A stretch of DNA of 64,000 nucleotides from an uncultured Candidatus Woesearchaeota archaeon (GTDB taxonomy: Archaea; Nanobdellota; Nanobdellia; Woesearchaeales; UBA10107): assembly GCA_963835585.1 (NCBI GenBank), contig CAWIGF010000001.1, forward strand, positions 125,160 to 189,159, written 5' to 3'. A program made the position numbers and the translations under genes. Below, in pieces: positions 59,151-64,000 of this stretch. The notes under the pieces are model-generated. The model was not told the origin of the DNA, did no database searches, and saw only the letters and a program-made list of their open reading frames with translations. Each line of letters starts with the position of its first letter. The stretch's first letter is position 1.

Positions 59151-59420
59151 ATGATAACAAAAATTCTTGGATTATTTGATGTCATCGCTTCAATTCTATT
59201 AATTACAACATCATTTATGCCAAAAATAATGTTGGCCATTGCAGCTGGTTATCTCATCATAAAAGGAACTACGTTCGGATTCATGGGAGATTATGTTAGT
59301 TTCGTTGACGGTGCCATTGGCTTATATTTCGTCCTTCTCTATTTCGGTATGAGCATACACACGGTAAACATAATATCTTTTGTCTTCCTGCTACAGAAAG
59401 GATTGTTTAGCCTTGTCTGA
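59151..59420 (+). CDS. Small membrane protein
   Basis: Three hydrophobic helices. Starts 2 nt after the cdc6-2 stop. Confidence 0.45.
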   Translation: MITKILGLFDVIASILLITTSFMPKIMLAIAAGYLIIKGTTFGFMGDYVSFVDGAIGLYFVLLYFGMSIHTVNIISFVFLLQKGLFSLV

Positions 59421-59649
59421 CATACTCCAAAATTTGACTTAGAAAATCTTGTTGTCCTGTGGTATAACAGCAAATTCTGCACGAAGAATTCTAAAATCCA
59501 ATCCAGAACGCTTCTTCCTCGCGTATAATGCACTGCCAGACAAAATATAATTATTTCGCATGCATTTGCCATTATCCCGTCACCACAGGACAACCGCATG
59601 TGAGCTATATAAACCAAAAAACACACTATTCTTTTAGAGGTGATGCACC

Positions 59650-59769
59650 ATGCATTACAAGGAAACAACACAACAAATCCAGAACATTTGTTTTCAGCAA
59701 CTGAAGAAACTTTGCGTCAAGGAAAATGAGAGTTTTGACGTGCAGTTCAGCGACAGGTGGATACAATGA
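59650..59769 (+). CDS. Candidate mini-ORF (39 aa)
   Basis: GAGGTG SD ~7 nt upstream. My translation is MHYKETTQQIQNICFQQLKKLCVKENESFDVQFSDRWIQ. ATGA-coupled to the next mini-ORF. Confidence 0.2.
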   Translation: MHYKETTQQIQNICFQQLKKLCVKENESFDVQFSDRWIQ

Positions 59770-59882
59770 AAATAGAACGATTATTGGAAAAATACGACAA
59801 AAAAGTTCCTTCTCCCTCCATCGTCATTGTCGAGAACTTATTTTACGCAGACAATAACGTACTTGGAAGGATAATCTCTTAA
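59766..59882 (+). CDS. Candidate mini-ORF (38 aa)
   Basis: AGGTGG SD ~7 nt upstream. My translation is MKIERLLEKYDKKVPSPSIVIVENLFYADNNVLGRIIS. Confidence 0.2.
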   Translation: MKIERLLEKYDKKVPSPSIVIVENLFYADNNVLGRIIS

Positions 59883-59938
59883 TATAGTATTTTCTCAATT
59901 ACATAAATTTTATAAAGCTGGCAAAGAGAATACTTGGC

Positions 59939-60628
59939 ATGACTGCAAACACTGCGATACTTTTCATACAGCAATATCCGCAATTAACCTATGCATTAAC
60001 CACGGGCATCCAAATATTGGGCATCCTTGTATCATTTTTTATAAGTTTTTTAGGGTATAAGGCATATAAAATCACCAATGATGCGAAACACAAATACTTC
60101 TTCTATGGATTTTTGTTCTTAGGGTTGAGTTTCCTAGCGAACCTAGCATTGAATGTTTTGCTCCGTTCCTCATTCGCAAAATATCTCCTTGAAAGCCAGT
60201 ATCATTACTACACACTTTCGTTCTTTGGAATATATTACATATTCTTACTTGGCATGATGCTTGCATACCTTTCCCTTGCAATCGTTTATACTGACATGAA
60301 CAAATCGAAGGACATCTGGCTGTTCTACTTCTGGACCATCATAATAGGAATTTACACATTCACAGGACAAGATGTGTTGTTCAATATAGTCTGCGCATTA
60401 CTGCTTTCTTTCGTTGTTTTGTTCACTTATCAAAAATACAAAGAGAACAGGAATGCTAACAGACGATCCACGTTCCTGGCATTTTTCTGCCTGTTCCTCT
60501 TCCACATCCTAGGGGTTATCCCCGCAATAGACTATCTGTTCATGATAAGAGAACTCATTTTATTGATAGGCCTCATATTATTACTGATCCCTTTATGGAA
60601 AATACAATATGGCAGAAAGAAGAAGTAA
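59939..60628 (+). CDS. Polytopic membrane protein (about 7 TM), unknown function
   Basis: Regularly spaced hydrophobic helices and a basic C-terminus. 20-nt overlap with the downstream wHTH gene. Confidence 0.55.
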   Translation: MTANTAILFIQQYPQLTYALTTGIQILGILVSFFISFLGYKAYKITNDAKHKYFFYGFLFLGLSFLANLALNVLLRSSFAKYLLESQYHYYTLSFFGIYYIFLLGMMLAYLSLAIVYTDMNKSKDIWLFYFWTIIIGIYTFTGQDVLFNIVCALLLSFVVLFTYQKYKENRNANRRSTFLAFFCLFLFHILGVIPAIDYLFMIRELILLIGLILLLIPLWKIQYGRKKK

Positions 60629-60881
60629 ACACCAAATCATATATGACATCCTGAACCTCATTAGTCAGAAAGGGGGAAAAGTTAAACCGACTCATATTCT
60701 TTATGGAGGCAATTTATCACATGACCGCCTCAAAAAATATTTGCAAGAATTAATTGACGCCGGTTTTATTGAGAAAATAGATGAGAAGGGCAAAACATTC
60801 TACCAATTGGCTGAAAAAGGATATAAATTCATGGAAGAATTCAAGAAAATTGAAGAAATGACTTCAGCATTCGGAATTTAA
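60609..60881 (+). CDS. Small winged-helix DNA-binding protein (HTH_45-like)
   Basis: IIYDILNLIS...THILYGGNLSHDRLKKYLQELIDAGFIE is typical of 90-aa archaeal wHTH proteins. Confidence 0.6.
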   Translation: MAERRSKHQIIYDILNLISQKGGKVKPTHILYGGNLSHDRLKKYLQELIDAGFIEKIDEKGKTFYQLAEKGYKFMEEFKKIEEMTSAFGI

Positions 60882-61300
60882 CCTTTGCCAGCATAATATT
60901 TTTTGCTCAATTCGCTCGTGATTGCATTTACTCTTTCGAAATTCTTAAGCTCTTTTTGAGTCCAAAACTGTTTTACTCTTTTTTCCGCTTTTTCTTTTTC
61001 TCCTGGCTTGAACTTAAAGACATCTCCTATCCCATAGAACCAACACCAGGAAATGACATCCGGATTGTGAATCAAATAATGATCTGCAAGATTCGTGTCA
61101 TACCTGCCTCCAGAAAACGAACCAAAAACTCCCTTGCTAACCCTTTTCTGTAAAGATTCACGACCACCTGTTCTTTTTACCGCCTCTTCCACAAAATCAT
61201 AAAGCATCGTATTGGACGGGATAGTACAACCTTCCATTATTGGTTCTTTAAACCCCAAAATTAGCGCGTCCATCGTTCTGTCTTCTAACTCAAATAACAT
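60878..61300 (-). CDS. Unknown 140-aa protein translationally coupled to reverse transcriptase
   Basis: The ATG at 61300 is preceded by a GGAGGG SD 6 nt upstream. 11-nt overlap with the RT 3' end. No TM segment and no motif I recognise. Confidence 0.65.
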   Translation of the reverse strand: MLFELEDRTMDALILGFKEPIMEGCTIPSNTMLYDFVEEAVKRTGGRESLQKRVSKGVFGSFSGGRYDTNLADHYLIHNPDVISWCWFYGIGDVFKFKPGEKEKAEKRVKQFWTQKELKNFERVNAITSELSKKYYAGKG

Positions 61301-62228
61301 CTAAACCCTCCATTTTCATACGTACGTTCGCATCCTCGTTAACCCAAGGGCTATAGTTCACTTCGTTCATCTCAAAAGGCTTGCTCTTATTCTTCAGCCG
61401 TTCGCTTTCTGAATTCTTCATCACCTCTCCATCAACAAATTTGTGACCAAGCAGATATATCGAATCCTCTTTCTGAAAGAATAACTTATCCTTAGCAACC
61501 GGAAAATACAATTCAGTCAGGTAGATCGCTCCAAGAAACAATTTTGGTTCTTGTTCATTCTGTGAACTTATTGTGATGTCATCAACCCATCGAGAATATC
61601 GAAATCTTCTCTCATTTGATTTTTCAGCAAGCAATACATCAAATTTAAACAATATTCTATTAAACAATGCCATGCTGCAAGGAGATCCTTGTGGCAACGC
61701 TCTTTTTCCATCCGAATATTTAGTTGTGTTTAGCATCGAAAGGAGATAGGTGATGGGTTTTCTGTTATCTTCTGAAATATCAGACAATAAAGAGGAGAAG
61801 AAATCAACCACGTGTTCAAATGAAATATTCTGAAATGCACTTTTCAAGTCATATGAAAGGACTGATGCGCACGGCAAATGTGTCTCGAGGCTCTTCTTTA
61901 CTGACCAACCTTTCTCTCCGCCATGACATGATTTATGCACATCTTTGCTTTTTATCAATGGAAGAATATATTCACCCAGAAATATTTTCAGAGGATTTTT
62001 CGGGACTGATAATTCTCTTTTTTTATTTCCAGATACTTGTACCCATTTGTTGTATAGCGGCTTTCTTTTATTTAAAATAAAGAGGACATCGTCAATTGAC
62101 GAATCGAACCTGCATTTGTCAACATCGTATTCCAAAATAACATTCTTTAAAGCGTTTCTATTTTTGGGATCTCCAAGTATGTTTTCTAGTTCAATCATGG
62201 TTATTTTACAAAAAATCATCCTGTTCAT
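61290..62228 (-). CDS. Stand-alone reverse transcriptase (retron/Abi/UG-like)
   Basis: Ordered RT motifs: KKRELSVPKNPLK, HGGEKGWSVKKSLETH, SYDLKSAF (Asp127), LPQGSPCSMALFN, RWVDDITIS (nt 61578-61589) and LLGHKF. 312 aa with no maturase or endonuclease domain. Confidence 0.85.
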   Translation of the reverse strand: MNRMIFCKITMIELENILGDPKNRNALKNVILEYDVDKCRFDSSIDDVLFILNKRKPLYNKWVQVSGNKKRELSVPKNPLKIFLGEYILPLIKSKDVHKSCHGGEKGWSVKKSLETHLPCASVLSYDLKSAFQNISFEHVVDFFSSLLSDISEDNRKPITYLLSMLNTTKYSDGKRALPQGSPCSMALFNRILFKFDVLLAEKSNERRFRYSRWVDDITISSQNEQEPKLFLGAIYLTELYFPVAKDKLFFQKEDSIYLLGHKFVDGEVMKNSESERLKNKSKPFEMNEVNYSPWVNEDANVRMKMEGLDVI

Positions 62229-62310
62229 CCAATGCTTCCCAATGCCCTCGTTCCGGAAGGTATAACGGCGTAATCCTGCCGTCTTTTGTTCGTATTGTCA
62301 CTTCTATCAT
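62206..62310 (-). CDS. Candidate 34-codon ORF overlapping RT start (alternatively a structured RNA leader)
   Basis: GGAG SD 7 nt upstream of ATG 62310. My translation is MIEVTIRTKDGRITPLYLPERGHWEALDEQDDFL. It ends 20 nt inside the RT ORF. The segment is clearly more GC-rich than other spacers. Confidence 0.35.
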   Translation of the reverse strand: MIEVTIRTKDGRITPLYLPERGHWEALDEQDDFL

Positions 62311-62442
62311 AGTGCATCTCCGCTTGTTTTCAAGCTAAATAGTATATAGACTTGTAAACTATATGCATTTTACTGCACAGAATTTGTCAATAGTGTTGTA
62401 TATAAGGCAAAACCTTAAAAAGAAGGAAAATTCCAATAATTC

Positions 62443-63339
62443 ATGCTTGATGCTGCAACAGTAAAAAAAATAATTGATTTTGTCTTCGTAAGGCCAAGAA
62501 CTATACAGGAAATCGCAGAACACATCGATAAGAATTGGAGAACTGCAGACAGATATGTGCAGGAAATACAGGAAGAGCAGGGAACGCTTTCTACAAGAGT
62601 GTTCAGGGAAGGAACAAGAGGGGCGTTAAAGGTCGTATACGGTGTAAATGCTGAGAAAATAAGCAACACCGTTGCCCAGCAGATCCTTGAAGATCATATT
62701 TTCAAATCATTATGGAGAGATGACTTTTCCCCATTTGATATTTTCCAATATGTTCCAGAAAATAACAAGCAAGTATGGAGCAGACAAGGAAAAGGGGAGG
62801 ATTATCTCGGAACTCTTGATAATTTACGTGATTTATTATTGCAAACTGAAAAACAATTGTTGCTTTTCTCAGGAAACTTATCATTTGTGTTCTATAAAGA
62901 TAAAAAAATAGATATATTCAGTGTATTTGAGGAACTGGTAAAGAGAGGAGTTAGCATTAAAGTCGTTTGCAGAGTCGATTTAACAGGATTGGACAATATT
63001 AAGAGACTTCTTTCGTTGAATTTCAAATATGGCAAGGAATTGATTGAAATACATCATAAGCAGCAGCCATTGAGATGTACAGTGGTTGATAAAAAATTCT
63101 TCAACATCAAGGAAGTATTCACTCCAACTAGCAGAAACTACGAATTACAAAAGAAAACATATGTATTCTATACAATCAATGAAAAGGAATGGCTTGATTG
63201 GATCACAAAAATATTCTGGAAAATGTTTTCGCATTCAATCGATGCTGGTGACAGAATAGAACAATGGAACAAGGTAAAAGACTCAACCCTTGACTACACC
63301 CAGTGGTCTCAATCTGACAACAATCTTCGCAATGCCTAG
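62443..63339 (+). CDS. wHTH regulator with TrmB-like / PLD-like C-terminal domain
   Basis: N-terminal wHTH (RPRTIQEIAEHIDKNWRTADRYVQEI). The C-terminal part resembles the TrmB sensor domain. Divergent from the RT operon. Confidence 0.45.
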   Translation: MLDAATVKKIIDFVFVRPRTIQEIAEHIDKNWRTADRYVQEIQEEQGTLSTRVFREGTRGALKVVYGVNAEKISNTVAQQILEDHIFKSLWRDDFSPFDIFQYVPENNKQVWSRQGKGEDYLGTLDNLRDLLLQTEKQLLLFSGNLSFVFYKDKKIDIFSVFEELVKRGVSIKVVCRVDLTGLDNIKRLLSLNFKYGKELIEIHHKQQPLRCTVVDKKFFNIKEVFTPTSRNYELQKKTYVFYTINEKEWLDWITKIFWKMFSHSIDAGDRIEQWNKVKDSTLDYTQWSQSDNNLRNA

Positions 63340-64000
63340 TTCGTCAGAAACTTTAACGACTTCATCAATGTCCTTGTAAGCGCCTGGTGCCTCTTCTGCT
63401 ATGCCTGTTATTGAATGACCTTTTACTATGATTCCTTCATGCCTTAAATCAGAAACCACACTTTCACCTTTGAAATCCCTCAATGCCTGGGTTCGCGACA
63501 TCATTCTTCCAGCTCCGTGTGCTGTTGAACCTAAACTTAATTTCATTCCTTCTTTCGTTCCGACCAAAACATACGATGCAGTCCCCATAGAACCAGGAAT
63601 TATGACTGGCTGTCCGACTTTCCTGTATATTTCAGGAATTTCTTTGTTTCCTGGACCAAAAGCTCTTGTTGCACCTTTGCGGTGCATGAAAACCTTCACT
63701 TTCTTCCCATCAAATTCTTGCTCTTCAATTTTTGCTATGTTATGAGCAACATCGTAAAGAACATGCATAGATTCTTTCTTTATCCCGAATATATTTACAA
63801 AACAATTTCTCACCAAATCAGCAATTATGTGACGATTGCACCACGCAAAATTGGCAGCAGCTTTCATTGCAGCCAAATAATCACTGCATAATTTAGTTCC
63901 AGATGGTGCATAAATCAATTCCCTGTCTGGCAACTTTGTAATTTCGTCTGCGAATTCCTTTTCCATCAATCTCAAATAATCTGAACAAACCTGATGCCCA
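63283..64000 (-). CDS. rtcB: tRNA-splicing ligase RtcB, C-terminal part (5' end outside window)
   Basis: GHQVCSDY at the window edge, PGSMGTASY, STAHGAGR and a C-terminal PLGVVKG. The frame is open to nt 64000. Confidence 0.9.
   Translation of the reverse strand, partial: GHQVCSDYLRLMEKEFADEITKLPDRELIYAPSGTKLCSDYLAAMKAAANFAWCNRHIIADLVRNCFVNIFGIKKESMHVLYDVAHNIAKIEEQEFDGKKVKVFMHRKGATRAFGPGNKEIPEIYRKVGQPVIIPGSMGTASYVLVGTKEGMKLSLGSTAHGAGRMMSRTQALRDFKGESVVSDLRHEGIIVKGHSITGIAEEAPGAYKDIDEVVKVSDELGIAKIVVRLRPLGVVKG

Noticed and set aside
59636-59705. Possible C/D-box sRNA (GUGAUGC ... CUGA)
   Set aside because: The C box is imperfect. There are no internal D' or C' boxes, and the spacing of ~60 nt lacks the symmetric architecture.
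61290-62228. The RT as part of a diversity-generating retroelement
   Set aside because: Motif B reads LPQGSPCS, which is QG-type rather than the DGR-typical ...SQ. I saw no template/variable near-repeat pair in the flanks. An exhaustive repeat search was not possible by eye.
60878-62442. The RT as a group II intron-encoded protein
   Set aside because: It is only 312 aa with no maturase (X) or endonuclease domain. The flanks are occupied by overlapping protein-coding ORFs, which leaves no room for ribozyme domains I-VI.

Overview
This is an archaeal chromosome segment. It is low-GC and very compact, with many 1-4 nt ATGA/GTGA stop-start overlaps. I infer a small-genome, DPANN-like lineage, but that is inference only. 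Contents from left to right: (1) two bacterial-style secreted proteins, an NHL-repeat fragment and an OMP-like barrel with LysM; (2) a MiaB/CDKAL1-type methylthiotransferase and a 2H phosphoesterase; (3) the conserved archaeal block PIN-Rpo7-Spt4-S24e-S27ae; (4) an 892-bp IS4/IS5-type insertion sequence with 15-bp inverted repeats and a target duplication, inserted exactly at the stop codon of an antiporter-like gene; (5) CCA-adding enzyme, a MoxR-vWA pair and a metallophosphoesterase; (6) a thyA-folA-peptidase operon facing two Dcd-like genes; (7) signal peptidase-TFS-DUF167 and an NMD3-like gene; (8) an 18-kb single-strand purine supercluster (purE-like, purO, purH-AICARFT, purB, purC, purM, purS-L, purQ, guaA, purD, purN, guaB, purA); (9) RtcA, a 629-aa coiled-coil protein, a Zn-ribbon plus aEF-1beta pair, two Orc1/Cdc6 genes, Trm1, aIF5B, NIP7-like and PUA proteins, and prefoldin beta-RpoP-L37ae; (10) a tRNA-Pro(UGG) whose 5' acceptor strand is not contiguous; (11) aspartate kinase; (12) aRF1 interrupted right after its GGQ motif by a 422-aa LAGLIDADG intein; (13) a PIN-ATPase-KH protein and SerS; (14) an accessory stretch at about 59.4-63.3 kb holding a tightly overlapped reverse-transcriptase operon (mini-ORF or leader, a retron/Abi-like RT, and an unknown 140-aa partner); (15) a partial RtcB at the right edge. 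I found no rRNA or CRISPR array. All function calls come from motif recognition by eye. No database search was run.
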